Part shown: in pieces, positions 25,626 to 35,437 of the stretch | How the letters are laid out: every line of letters starts with the position of its first letter | Numbering within the stretch: the stretch's first letter is position 1 | IMG/VR virus record: IMGVR_UViG_3300028603_000041 | Location: 5,998-69,997 of that record | Length of the DNA stretch: 64,000 nucleotides | Reading direction: 5' to 3' (one strand) | Origin: a virus | Lineage: Duplodnaviria > Caudoviricetes | Notes under the pieces: model-generated | Database searches by the model: none | What the model saw: the letters and a program-made list of their open reading frames with translations, nothing else | Told to the model about the DNA's origin: nothing | Program-made: the position numbers and the translations under genes

Positions 25626-25657
25626 AATATATAATGGTTAAATTTTAAAAAGTAAAG
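25626..25657 (-). promoter_or_regulatory. early promoter, exact 32-bp repeat (copy 2)
   Basis: AATATATAATGGTTAAATTTTAAAAAGTAAAG, identical to 16055-16086; A/T tracts upstream. Confidence 0.75.
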
Positions 25658-25755
25658 CACTTTCTGCTGTTTTTTTAAAAAAACTTAAAATTTTTTTCCT
25701 AAACAATACCAACCGTTTACCCACTACCCACAACCTGATTATTAAAAAAACCATT

Positions 25756-25784
25756 TTGAACTTTAGCCCCCTCTATAATATAAT
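25756..25784 (+). promoter_or_regulatory. sigma70-type promoter of the structural arm
   Basis: TTGAAC-N17-TATAAT upstream of terS. Confidence 0.7.
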
Positions 25785-25846
25785 AGTTTTCGACAGCCAG
25801 ATACAAAAGCATTTCACGAAAGATTTGGGAGGGGGACCCAAGGAAG

Positions 25847-26500
25847 GTGTCAAGCAACGGCGTAACCAAGAAACCCAGAACCAGATGGCCCAACAACAAC
25901 GGCCACCCGAACCCAGGCAATGGAGGGGGCAAGGGCAAAGGTGGCCGTCCCCCTATCTACAATCCAGACATCCATCCAGAAAAAGCCTACCAGCTCACAT
26001 CCATGTTCGGGTGCACTTACGCCCAAATGGGTGAACTATTTGGAATCACTGAACAAGGTATGAATCAGTGGGTAGCTAAGCACCCAGCATTTAAAAAGGC
26101 TATTAAAGATGGTATTGATATATTCCACACCAAGAATATCGAGGGTTCGCTGGCCAAGAGAGCATGTGGGTATGAGTACCATGAGAAGACCTATGAGATG
26201 GTAACAGACCCCACTACCGGAGTGAAGGATCTAACACTGACTAAGGTGGTTAAGAAACAACTCCCCCCAGACCCTACCAGTATGATATTCTGGCTCAAGT
26301 GCCGAGACCCCGAAAGGTGGCATGACCCTATACAACAACACAAGCACTCAGTTGAGCAGATTAATCTCAATGTGCATACCACCCTGGCCGATATGATTAG
26401 CCAGGTTAGAGATATTACCTCCCTGAAGGCCCTAAGAGACACCATCATTGCATTGCCCGCTAATAAGCCTACTAACGGGGATGCAACAGATGAGCACTAG
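25847..26500 (+). CDS. terS: terminase small subunit
   Basis: GRPPIY, HTH AQMGELFGITEQGMNQW, PPDPTSMIFWLKCRDPERW; precedes terL. Confidence 0.85.
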   Translation: MSSNGVTKKPRTRWPNNNGHPNPGNGGGKGKGGRPPIYNPDIHPEKAYQLTSMFGCTYAQMGELFGITEQGMNQWVAKHPAFKKAIKDGIDIFHTKNIEGSLAKRACGYEYHEKTYEMVTDPTTGVKDLTLTKVVKKQLPPDPTSMIFWLKCRDPERWHDPIQQHKHSVEQINLNVHTTLADMISQVRDITSLKALRDTIIALPANKPTNGDATDEH

Positions 26501-28037
26501 CAGCGACTGGCTAAACCATCCCATAATGCAGCACAAGGTTTCAGATGTTCTCTGGGCCGTGAATAAGACCTTGGCAGAGCAGGAGTTTGCTGAGTTCTGT
26601 CAGCAGGCCTGGCATGTAGTTGAACCAGGCAGGCAGCTGGTGTGGGGTTGGCACCTGCAGGCCAAGTGCGATCACCTCCAGGCAGTCTATAACTTCACAG
26701 TGCCTGAGGAAGTAGATCCCCAGGCTGTTAATAAAATAGGAATACAAAGGCTGATAATCAATGAGCCCCCCCGGTGCTCCAAATCCCTGTTCACTTCGGT
26801 CCTGTTCCCGGCATGGGTCTGGGCCAAGTGGCCAGGGGCAAGGTTCCTCTGCATCACCTACGCAGATGATCTAGCCCAGAGGGATGCTCTAAAGACCAGG
26901 CAGCTGATAGAATCCGCCTGGTACCAAGCATTCTGGCCCCATGTTAAGGTAAGCGATGACCAGCGGGCAAAGTCACGATACAACATAGATGACGGCGGGT
27001 TCCGGGTTTCCACAACAATCCTCGGTATGGCGACAGGTGAAGGTGGGGACTTCCGCATAATAGACGATCCACACAACGTCAAGAAAGCCCTGAGTGACGT
27101 TGAAAGACAGCAGGCCAACACTTTTATTGATCTCACCCTACCAACCCGCGTAGTCGACCCACAGAAGTCCTCCACCATCCTCTGTATGCAAAGGTTGCAT
27201 GAGGATGATGCTACGGGGCATGTTCAGGGTGGAGAACTCAAGTATGATCTTCTCTGCTTACCTATGGAATATGAAGCAACTGAGGGCAACCGGTGTAATA
27301 CGGCTCTTGGGTTTGTTGATCCCCGCAGCAGGGAAGGCGAATTGCTGCACCCTGACCGGTGGGGAGCCAAGGCAGTGGAAGAAGCCAAGCTGCAGTTACG
27401 CATGGAGCTTGGTGACTTCGGCGTGGACTCTCAGTTCCAACAGCGCCCTACTCCCTTGGGCGGCGGTATGTTCAAACCGGACAACATTGTAATGGTACCA
27501 GACTGGCCAGAGCTGCGCTGGTTGGATAAGCCTGTGCGGTACTGGGATAAAGCAGCTACGGAAGGTTCCGGGTGCTTCACCTCAGGCGCCTTGATGGCCC
27601 TCAATAAACGTACCCAGCGCACCATCATCCTGGAAGTACGGAGAGGGCAGTGGGGAACGGACAGAAGAGAACAACAGATCCAGCTCGCAGCCCATGAGGA
27701 TATAAAGAAGCTAGGGAAGCTGGCCGGTAAGTATGCGGTCAGGGTTGAGCAAGAGCCAGGCAGTGGTGGTAAGGATAGCGCCCGGTGGACTGTGCAGGGA
27801 TTAGCCGGGTTCAACGCCCAGGCAGTTCCCAAGACTCAGAGTAAAGAGGTGGATTGGATGCCTCTAGCTTCCCAGGTGAATGCAGGAGGGGTGGAGATGG
27901 TGATAGGGCCGTGGAACGCTGAAACCAAACGGCAGATGCGCCATGCTCCATTTGGCAAGCACAAGGATGACTTAGATTCGCTCTCGGGCGGATTCAAATA
28001 CATTTGGCTGGCCCCACGAGGGCGGGTGATAGCTTAG
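26490..28037 (+). CDS. terL: terminase large subunit
   Basis: NEPPRCSKS, IDDPH, YWDKAA, EQEPGSGG, KHKDDLDS; likely start 26490. Confidence 0.95.
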   Translation: MSTSSDWLNHPIMQHKVSDVLWAVNKTLAEQEFAEFCQQAWHVVEPGRQLVWGWHLQAKCDHLQAVYNFTVPEEVDPQAVNKIGIQRLIINEPPRCSKSLFTSVLFPAWVWAKWPGARFLCITYADDLAQRDALKTRQLIESAWYQAFWPHVKVSDDQRAKSRYNIDDGGFRVSTTILGMATGEGGDFRIIDDPHNVKKALSDVERQQANTFIDLTLPTRVVDPQKSSTILCMQRLHEDDATGHVQGGELKYDLLCLPMEYEATEGNRCNTALGFVDPRSREGELLHPDRWGAKAVEEAKLQLRMELGDFGVDSQFQQRPTPLGGGMFKPDNIVMVPDWPELRWLDKPVRYWDKAATEGSGCFTSGALMALNKRTQRTIILEVRRGQWGTDRREQQIQLAAHEDIKKLGKLAGKYAVRVEQEPGSGGKDSARWTVQGLAGFNAQAVPKTQSKEVDWMPLASQVNAGGVEMVIGPWNAETKRQMRHAPFGKHKDDLDSLSGGFKYIWLAPRGRVIA

Positions 28038-28049
28038 GAGGGGATTTGA

Positions 28050-28778
28050 ATGAAGCGCGTATTAATAGGTATTATAGGGGTGGTGGTGCTGACCTCAGTT
28101 ACCGGGTCTGCCTATGCCTGGTCCAAAGCCAAATCTATGGATCAGTGGTTCATAGGCGCCTCTAGCGACCGACCGACCTGCGATTCCCCAGGCAAGATGT
28201 TATACGAAACAGATACCAAGGACGTCCGGATCTGCGATAACGGAGGCAACTGGAATCTGTACGGCAACGCCAATATCCAAGTAGGCGACGCCGACGTTTC
28301 CGCAACCAATCCGGTGCCGGTAAAGACCGGCGACACCGTACTCGAAGCAACCCTGACACTCGACACCAATGCCTATGCTGATGGTGACTTGCTGGCAGAC
28401 ACGCAGCTTTTGGATGGCTCAGCCTTCCTCGCAAATGGTGGTGTAACCACTGTCCAGAATATCCAAATCCAGGACTACGATGATCAAAAGGGTGCCTTGG
28501 ACATTGTGCTGCTCCGTTCCAACACCAGCATGGGAACCGAGAACAGCGCACCGAACATAGCAGACGGTGACGGTGATGAAATACTCTTGGTCGTACCAGT
28601 CTACTCAACCGACTACCGAGACATGGGCGGATTCTCCATTGCCGAAGTCGATGTTGGCAAGGTAATCAAAGCCGCCGCCGCTGACGATGCGCTCTATATC
28701 GCCGCAATCAGCCGCGATGCTAAGACCTACACGGCAAGCGGTATCATGGTCCGGGTTGCTTTGGCTGGGAGGCAGTAG
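28050..28778 (+). CDS. hypothetical protein with Sec-type signal peptide
   Basis: MKR + hydrophobic stretch + AYA/WS; beta-rich, acidic mature part. Confidence 0.65.
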   Translation: MKRVLIGIIGVVVLTSVTGSAYAWSKAKSMDQWFIGASSDRPTCDSPGKMLYETDTKDVRICDNGGNWNLYGNANIQVGDADVSATNPVPVKTGDTVLEATLTLDTNAYADGDLLADTQLLDGSAFLANGGVTTVQNIQIQDYDDQKGALDIVLLRSNTSMGTENSAPNIADGDGDEILLVVPVYSTDYRDMGGFSIAEVDVGKVIKAAAADDALYIAAISRDAKTYTASGIMVRVALAGRQ

Positions 28779-28780
28779 CC

Positions 28781-30745
28781 ATGCTGATCGGTAGCAGACG
28801 CAGAAAGGGAACGGGGCGTAGACCACTGCTCTACGACCATTTTGGAAAGCCTCTACCAGCTGGCTCACTCAACGGCTCCCTGCCTGTGCCTGGGCCTGCA
28901 ACGGGACCGAGAACCGTAATCGACACAGAAAACAAACTAGCAATCGGCCCCTGGATAGGCGGCGCAAGCCTTTATGACGAAACAGACGGACCTGCGACCT
29001 TCGGTCTCGAGAACAACCGCTCAAGCTATGCTGACGGGCAAAGCTGGATCGGCTACGCTGGCGCAGATTTCGGCGCGGCTGGTCTGGTCGATGGCACCTG
29101 GTATCTGGTCGTGCAGAAAGACTCCGCCGGGCGTATGGCCTACGGCTATGTGCTTGGTGGGGCTGCCGGGCTGGGTACGGGGGAGGTGCTTGGGGAGGAG
29201 TTGGTTACAACGTGGACGAATCATGCCTCTGCATCGTTTGATACTTTCATCAGCTCTGGCTCGGACATCACGAGTGCTATCTACCTGGGTAGCACTGCTG
29301 TTCTAGCCTATAGCACATTGTCATCGGCAACGGTAGCCAAAAAACAGTACAAAGTAACATCCAATTTAACTATCAATTCAGGCACAGTCTATAAATTTGG
29401 GTTACGTGTGAGGTCTGGTAGTGGTGCGCTTTACTCAATATCTACAGTCGGCTCTTCATCAAATATTACGCTATATCCAGTTGCATACCTATCTTTCACA
29501 GTCCTTACCTATCGGGCGAACAGTGCCGTAGACTTTTCGGCCACTGGGCATTCAGTCAAAGAAGTCCTCACTCCCGACGCAACCTGCGCCTACGTCCACA
29601 AATCCGTAAACGGCCCCCAGGGCTGGAACATGGACGGCAACTTCAACATAGACTACACGGCGTACACGTTTAACCTGTATCCGCTGGGCGCGAGTCGGTT
29701 GATTAGTGTTGGGGGGAAAACTACGGCAGCCTACGGTGATCCAGGACTCTGGTATCCTGCTGTCACGCGGGAGCTTGGGCGGACTGTGATATTTGGGCCG
29801 GTTACTGTTGAGGATGCTTCTGTCTTTGCGGAAATTGGAACTGATACTAATACTACAGGCGAGTTTAATGGGTCATCCTTTTTGTTGAATAATGACAAAT
29901 TATCGACAAGAGATGGTGGATTAAACGGTCCTCAAGTTCACACCCCATCAGACAACACCCCCTACTACCTAGCAATCCGCCTCCTAGCAGCCGGAGCCGA
30001 ATACTACCTAAAGACCGTGGGAGGCAACTGGAAAAAGCTCTGGCGAGGCGGAACCGACGCAACAGCCACGCTCTACCCCGGCATATCGAACTACAGCGCA
30101 GCCTTCAACCTGAGCGAGCCTGGTGTGATTGTGCCTGCTGAGCTTTGGCATCCTCCGGTGTTGCTGTATGACTCATTCGGCAGAGCGGACGGTAGCCCTA
30201 CTCAAAGCGAAAGCCTCGATGCTGATAGCAAACCCGCACCCGTTAAGACCTATACCGAAGTAGGAACTTGGGCAATCTCAAGTAACGCGCTCACCTGCTC
30301 AGCTCTTGATGGCGGCATAGGGATGCTGCTTGCTGATGCAGGAGTAGTGGACACCTTAACGGACGTCCTTGTCACCCATGCAGGCGGAACCGCTGGTATT
30401 GTCTTTAGGTATGCCGATGCCGACAACTACATTCGCCTGATTCACAACGGGACCAATGTGCAGTTGATTAAGAAAGTCGGCGGCTCTGACACCACTGTTA
30501 CCAATGTCGCTGCGGCATATGTGGCGGGCGCACAGATACGGGTTATCTGTGAAGGGACCAAGTTCAACGCTTATTATAACAATGTTCTCATTGGAACCGA
30601 AGCTACCATAGCAGATGCGGGGCTACAGACCGGGACAAAGGCTGGAGTATACACCGACGATATTACCAATTCATTTGATGTGTTTTCGTCTGCTGCTCGT
30701 GGGACAAATGGTGAATATGACTCCTTGAACCGATATTTGAGGTAA
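28781..30745 (+). CDS. large beta-sandwich (lectin/ConA-like) virion fibre or decoration protein
   Basis: 654 aa, Gly/Thr/Ser-rich, two LLYDxFG modules, GIVFRYADADNY. Confidence 0.55.
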   Translation: MLIGSRRRKGTGRRPLLYDHFGKPLPAGSLNGSLPVPGPATGPRTVIDTENKLAIGPWIGGASLYDETDGPATFGLENNRSSYADGQSWIGYAGADFGAAGLVDGTWYLVVQKDSAGRMAYGYVLGGAAGLGTGEVLGEELVTTWTNHASASFDTFISSGSDITSAIYLGSTAVLAYSTLSSATVAKKQYKVTSNLTINSGTVYKFGLRVRSGSGALYSISTVGSSSNITLYPVAYLSFTVLTYRANSAVDFSATGHSVKEVLTPDATCAYVHKSVNGPQGWNMDGNFNIDYTAYTFNLYPLGASRLISVGGKTTAAYGDPGLWYPAVTRELGRTVIFGPVTVEDASVFAEIGTDTNTTGEFNGSSFLLNNDKLSTRDGGLNGPQVHTPSDNTPYYLAIRLLAAGAEYYLKTVGGNWKKLWRGGTDATATLYPGISNYSAAFNLSEPGVIVPAELWHPPVLLYDSFGRADGSPTQSESLDADSKPAPVKTYTEVGTWAISSNALTCSALDGGIGMLLADAGVVDTLTDVLVTHAGGTAGIVFRYADADNYIRLIHNGTNVQLIKKVGGSDTTVTNVAAAYVAGAQIRVICEGTKFNAYYNNVLIGTEATIADAGLQTGTKAGVYTDDITNSFDVFSSAARGTNGEYDSLNRYLR

Positions 30746-30749
30746 TGAT

Positions 30750-31073
30750 ATGGCGCTGCAAGAAGTAAGATTTTTGATGCGAATAGACCGAGAAGCCGGG
30801 CATGATGGCCTGGTGCAGTTGTTTGATGAGGCTAATGTTCTGTTTGTCGGTGACGGATGCGGCTACACCATGGAAGATGAGTTTGCAACCCCGACTCAGG
30901 CGCGGATATGGGCAAAGACTGACAGTGCTATTATTGACGCATATCTGGCCGATCCTCGTGTGACGCTGATCGAAATGAAACTCGTTTGCTCCGAGTGCGG
31001 TGCTGAATGGTGGGGGTTGCCGGATGGCTCGGGGCTTTGCGCTGAGTGTGCGGCTCAGGGGGAGGTGGAATGA
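30750..31073 (+). CDS. hypothetical protein with C-terminal Zn ribbon
   Basis: CSEC..CAEC. Confidence 0.55.
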   Translation: MALQEVRFLMRIDREAGHDGLVQLFDEANVLFVGDGCGYTMEDEFATPTQARIWAKTDSAIIDAYLADPRVTLIEMKLVCSECGAEWWGLPDGSGLCAECAAQGEVE

Positions 31074-31168
31074 AGACCTTCCTTCAATCAACCCTCATGG
31101 GAGCGTGGCTAATCTCCTGCCTGCTCTCATGCGCCTGGCTCTTTACCGGTTGCGCCAATCAACTTTGA
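31070..31168 (+). CDS. tiny lipoprotein-signal ORF (32 aa)
   Basis: MKTFLQSTLMGAWLISCLLSCAWLFTGCANQL; ATGA overlap, RBS GGAGG, lipobox FTGC. Confidence 0.4.
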   Translation: MKTFLQSTLMGAWLISCLLSCAWLFTGCANQL

Positions 31169-31185
31169 TATAGGGAGAACAAACC

Positions 31186-31689
31186 ATGAAAAAGTTGGCA
31201 CTATTTTTAATTTTAGTCCTGGTAACTGGCTGCGCTGGAACCCAGGTAGACACCAAAGACGTGGTGAATAGCTTGGCTGAAAAAGCTGGCATTGCCTGTT
31301 ACGCCTACCTTCCCGAGCACCGTGATCTGATCGAGCAGGTGTGTGTGGTAATGACTATCCTCGATGAAACCGATCCAGTGTTGGCGCAGGAAAAGATCAA
31401 AGAGGTAATCGGTAACCTTTGGATTGCGGCTGACGAGTGTGGCATGTGGTTGGTCCAAACTACACTCAACGACTTTGTGCGCTTTAGTGGTCTCAACACG
31501 GAAAGTCCAACTACTGAGAAGGTCAAAGAGTGGTTGTCTTTCCTTGATGCGTTCTGCGCTGGCGCTGAAATGGCAAAGAAGATGAAAACCGAAGAGCTGA
31601 CAGATTTTTTCGACGACTCAACGCGCCTGTGCAAACTTACCGAGTGGCAAAGCCAGAGTTGTGGGCTATCAAACCACAACATTCGATAA
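31186..31689 (+). CDS. lipoprotein (spanin-like or exclusion protein)
   Basis: MKKLALFLILVLVTGC lipobox. Confidence 0.7.
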   Translation: MKKLALFLILVLVTGCAGTQVDTKDVVNSLAEKAGIACYAYLPEHRDLIEQVCVVMTILDETDPVLAQEKIKEVIGNLWIAADECGMWLVQTTLNDFVRFSGLNTESPTTEKVKEWLSFLDAFCAGAEMAKKMKTEELTDFFDDSTRLCKLTEWQSQSCGLSNHNIR

Positions 31690-31715
31690 CGATCAAGGTT
31701 TGGAGGTGGTGACAG

Positions 31716-31943
31716 ATGGAAAGTGTTCTCGGGTATCTGCTTAGTTTTTCAAACTTCATCCATTCGATCATTGCGTGGGCGGTTGCTAACCCTGAGGCCG
31801 CAGTTCTGTATACCATGTTGTTCAACCGCCTTTATGAAAAACTCCCGCTCTCAGGTCGGGGCAAGGATGCGGTGGATGCTGTCACGGGCGCTCTTGGAAC
31901 AGTTGCTAGGCGCAAGGGGCTGAAGCTCGGAGGACAGGGATGA
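31716..31943 (+). CDS. holin-like small membrane protein
   Basis: 75 aa, hydrophobic N-terminus, basic C-terminus. Confidence 0.45.
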   Translation: MESVLGYLLSFSNFIHSIIAWAVANPEAAVLYTMLFNRLYEKLPLSGRGKDAVDAVTGALGTVARRKGLKLGGQG

Positions 31944-32323
31944 CTGGAGCAGAAATCACTCTCGCCATTTCAACGGCCATAACTCTCACTGCTCTTATAA
32001 CCAAGGGGATCGGGGACCGGAACCGTGCGACCAAGAAGGATTTGGAAATTGCCAATGCTACTACTCAGAAAGGTATAGATGAGATTAAGAAGGATTTGAA
32101 GGACAAGTCAGAGAAGGTAGTTTACAAAGATGAGTGTAGTACCTGGCGGAAAGGCTGCAGAGAGCGGAATGAATTGATAGATGGTGGTCATGAAGCCTGG
32201 AACGTCCGGCTGGAGAAGAAGGTCGATGAACTAATTAAGCAGTTTGATGAGTTTCGTACTCTCAGAGTACAGGAATATGAGCAGGTAAAAGTATTACTTG
32301 GCCAAATTGGGGGAAATAAATGA
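31940..32323 (+). CDS. membrane-anchored coiled-coil protein (XhlA / i-spanin-like)
   Basis: N-terminal TM segment followed by a charged coiled coil. Confidence 0.5.
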   Translation: MTGAEITLAISTAITLTALITKGIGDRNRATKKDLEIANATTQKGIDEIKKDLKDKSEKVVYKDECSTWRKGCRERNELIDGGHEAWNVRLEKKVDELIKQFDEFRTLRVQEYEQVKVLLGQIGGNK

Positions 32324-33837
32324 GCAGGGATGGTCAATATCGGGAGCTTCTATCACTGGTAACTAAGATGAGCCGAATGGCCTCGTCCTCCATTTGGCCC
32401 ACAGCCCTGCTCCGCACTCGTGCCGATATCATGGCTAAGGAGGGCACTAGCTACGGTGGTGACCGCAGGCTGTATGAGATATTCGGCTGGCCGGTGGCCC
32501 CTAGCTATGACGATTATATCCACCAGTATCGCCGTGGTGGGATAGCCAAGCGTATTGTCAACGCCTACCCACAGGCCACTTGGAGAAGCCAGCCGGTAGT
32601 GGCCGAAGACAGGACAAACAAGGAGGACACAGCCTTCGAGTTGGCCTGGAAATCCCTGGTAGAGAAACGCAGGGTGTTCCATTACCTGGAGCGGGTGGAT
32701 AGGCTGGCAAGGATTGGTGAATATGCTGTGCTGTTCCTCGGGTTTAATGACGGAGCTGCCTGGGATGAGATGAAAGACCCTGTTGGTGCACTGCAGGGCA
32801 AGGAGCCGTGGGAACGGCTGCTGTACCTCTATCCATTCGGGGAAAGCAAGGTGCAGGTACAAGAGTGGGAAACAGATCCGAGGGATGAGAGGTACGGACA
32901 ACCTAAGCTTTACCAGCTGGAGTTTTCCATGCCGATGCTAGGGAATCATGCCCTTCCTACTACCACAGTAATCGTTCATTGGTCCAGGATGCTGCACGTA
33001 GCTGAGGATGTGCTGGAGGAGGATCTGGAAGGTGAGCCCTGCTTGAAGGCCGTGCTGAATGACATACTGGATCTGCGGAAGACTTTGGGGGCAGCTTCGG
33101 AAGCCTTCTTCCAGCAGTGGCCTCCAGGGATGACGATAACCAGTGACAAAGACACTACCATTGACACCACCGAATTCACCGGTTCAGGCGCCGGTAAGGA
33201 TATGATTGAGGATTTCATTCACGGCTTTAAGCGCTACCTGGTGTTGCAGGGGCTGCAGATTGATAAGATAGCTCCAACTATGGGAGATCCAAGGCCGATA
33301 GTTGAGAGCCTGCTGGAGATGATCGCTGGTACAACGGGCATACCGAAACGGATTCTGGTAGGCAGTGAGCGTGGAGAGCTGGCGTCTGAGCAGGATGAAA
33401 CAAACTGGAACAAACGCATTGAGGAGAGACAGCAGAACTGGGCTGAGCCATTTCTGCTGCGCCCCTTCATAGACCGGATCATTGCCAAAGGGGTATTGGC
33501 GCCGCCAGCTAAGGGCGAGTATACGGTAGAGTGGCAGGAAGCCAGGGCTCTCAGCGAGCAGGTGCTGGCAGAAATCAGCGAAAAGAAGGCTTCAGCTCTA
33601 TCCAAATACACACAAGGGGGCTCTGACAGTGTGATGCCTCCGGAAGTGTTCCTACGGGAAGTGATGGGAGAAAGTCAGGAGACTGTTGAGGAGTGCAAGA
33701 AGCTCCTGCAAGAGCTTTGGGACAAAGATTTGGAGGATTCGCTGAGCGATGAAGAAGAACTCATGGACGGACCTGCTCAGGGCCAAGTACCCACACAGGG
33801 AGGAAGAGCCGGTGAACCTGTGCCAAAAGTGCGCTAG
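32320..33837 (+). CDS. portal protein (DUF1073-like)
   Basis: YRRGGIAKRIVNAYP, RLARIGEYAVL, VHWSRMLH, TGIPKRILVGSERGELAS. Confidence 0.88.
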   Translation: MSRDGQYRELLSLVTKMSRMASSSIWPTALLRTRADIMAKEGTSYGGDRRLYEIFGWPVAPSYDDYIHQYRRGGIAKRIVNAYPQATWRSQPVVAEDRTNKEDTAFELAWKSLVEKRRVFHYLERVDRLARIGEYAVLFLGFNDGAAWDEMKDPVGALQGKEPWERLLYLYPFGESKVQVQEWETDPRDERYGQPKLYQLEFSMPMLGNHALPTTTVIVHWSRMLHVAEDVLEEDLEGEPCLKAVLNDILDLRKTLGAASEAFFQQWPPGMTITSDKDTTIDTTEFTGSGAGKDMIEDFIHGFKRYLVLQGLQIDKIAPTMGDPRPIVESLLEMIAGTTGIPKRILVGSERGELASEQDETNWNKRIEERQQNWAEPFLLRPFIDRIIAKGVLAPPAKGEYTVEWQEARALSEQVLAEISEKKASALSKYTQGGSDSVMPPEVFLREVMGESQETVEECKKLLQELWDKDLEDSLSDEEELMDGPAQGQVPTQGGRAGEPVPKVR

Positions 33838-33943
33838 GTTCAGTCTGGTCAGGAGTAATGGTGAGTGGGTATGTCACAGCTGCAGAACATTTGAGGAGAA
33901 AAGTAGTGGAAGACAAGTTTTTGAAGTTCCTGGTAGATGCTGA
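33812..33943 (+). CDS. small Zn-ribbon protein (43 aa)
   Basis: GTG with GGAGG; CQKC..CHSC. Confidence 0.45.
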   Translation: MNLCQKCARFSLVRSNGEWVCHSCRTFEEKSSGRQVFEVPGRC

Positions 33944-34385
33944 AAGCTGGGAGAACCGTGCTTATCCTGATTCATCGGGGTTCTGGACCATCGGGGTGGG
34001 GCACAGACTGACACAGTCTGAGCTGTCCTCAGGCAAGATATCGATCAATGGGGAAGTTGTGAAGTGGTCGGATGGCCTGACGGACAAACAGGTTAGGGGT
34101 CTGCTGGAGCAGGATCTGGAAAGGTTCAGGCTGATAGTTGATGTGTTAAGACAGCAGGCCCCGGTTGGACTCAACCAGGACCAGCGGGATGCTTTAGTGA
34201 GCTTTGCTTTCAATATAGGGGCGGTGGCTTTCCGGCGCTCTACTCTGTGGAAGCGGGTAGTGGCTGGGGATCTGGGGGATGTACCAAGGCAGATGCGCCG
34301 GTGGGTGTACTCTGCCGGTAAGAAGTGGGACGGGCTGAAGAACAGGCGGGAAAAAGAAATCAAGTACTGGCTCGGGGAAATATGA
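33906..34385 (+). CDS. endolysin, GH24 lysozyme
   Basis: ESWENRAYPDSSGFWTIGVGH, ALVSFAFNIG, GLKNRREKE; likely start GTG 33906. Confidence 0.93.
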   Translation: MEDKFLKFLVDAESWENRAYPDSSGFWTIGVGHRLTQSELSSGKISINGEVVKWSDGLTDKQVRGLLEQDLERFRLIVDVLRQQAPVGLNQDQRDALVSFAFNIGAVAFRRSTLWKRVVAGDLGDVPRQMRRWVYSAGKKWDGLKNRREKEIKYWLGEI

Positions 34386-35437
34386 CTAGCTATACTTCTC
34401 TGCTCTTTAACCAGCTCGCTAAAGCCGATCCTACCAGGACGCTCACCTTGCGTTCCAGGTGGGCTGCGGACTGGAAGCGGAGGATTAAGGAGCTGCAGAG
34501 AGTTATCAGAATATCAGTTGTGGACAACGACGGGTTTGGGTTGAGCCGCCCCGATGTGACTCCTGGTACCGCTCGCCAGCTCCTAGCCCAAGTCCCGTCA
34601 GTCCACGCAGCCCTGGAGCCTGCTAGTTCAGGCTCCTGGGCCTACCGCTGGAGCCATGAGAAAGTAGACGCCTTTATGCGGTGGCTAAAGGAGATGGAAG
34701 AGCGAGGGTTGCTGGAGATTACCTACAGGTCTGCTACCGCTAGGCCGATGGGGGAGCCTTGGAGCAATGTGTATGTGAGGTCGGCTTATCAGTCCGGAAT
34801 TAAGCAGGCTCTGGCTGAGGTGAAGAAGAACGATAAGAAGCTGGCCCAGTGGTTGGGCATGCCGGGTGGGGCGGTTTCCCCGATGTTCGATTATACCGGT
34901 GGGGCGGTTTCTGCCATAATGATGCAGCCCTTCCACGCTGACAGACTGGCTCTGGCTTATACCAGGGTGTTTGATGAGCTTAAAGGCGTTACGGCTGAGA
35001 TGGACAGGCAGATCAGCCGGATACTTACAAGAGCCTTGGCTGAGGGGAAGAACCCGCGGGAAATAGGGGCTCTGATAGCGGATAGGGTGGATAAGGTTGG
35101 GCTGACAAGAGGCACCTTAATCGCCAGGACCGAAACCATCCACGTACACCAACAGGCGGCACTGAACGAGTATTACTCCTTGGAGGAACAGACTGGAGAG
35201 GTAATACTGGTTCAGTGGAACGCAACGCAGGACAGCCGCACTCGAGACACCCACATGACCAGGCATGGAAGGGTGTACACAAAGGAGGAGGCTTATCCGC
35301 TGTTGGGAGAACCTAACTGCCGGTGTGCTCTGAAGCCATGGATACCAGCCACTATGGGGATGCCAGCCAAGGCTACCGATAAGGCTAGAGAGATATGCAG
35401 GAGAGTGTTAGAGGAGGAAGGGAAAAGAAATGAATAA
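34382..35437 (+). CDS. minor head morphogenesis protein (Mu gpF / SPP1 gp7-like)
   Basis: IARTETI, QDSRTRDTH, PNCRC. Confidence 0.88.
   Translation: MTSYTSLLFNQLAKADPTRTLTLRSRWAADWKRRIKELQRVIRISVVDNDGFGLSRPDVTPGTARQLLAQVPSVHAALEPASSGSWAYRWSHEKVDAFMRWLKEMEERGLLEITYRSATARPMGEPWSNVYVRSAYQSGIKQALAEVKKNDKKLAQWLGMPGGAVSPMFDYTGGAVSAIMMQPFHADRLALAYTRVFDELKGVTAEMDRQISRILTRALAEGKNPREIGALIADRVDKVGLTRGTLIARTETIHVHQQAALNEYYSLEEQTGEVILVQWNATQDSRTRDTHMTRHGRVYTKEEAYPLLGEPNCRCALKPWIPATMGMPAKATDKAREICRRVLEEEGKRNE

Noticed and set aside
32320-33837. Anti-CBASS Acb1 protein (a label often attached to DUF1073 proteins)
   Set aside because: Size, motifs and position fit a portal; no 2H phosphoesterase HxT motifs seen.
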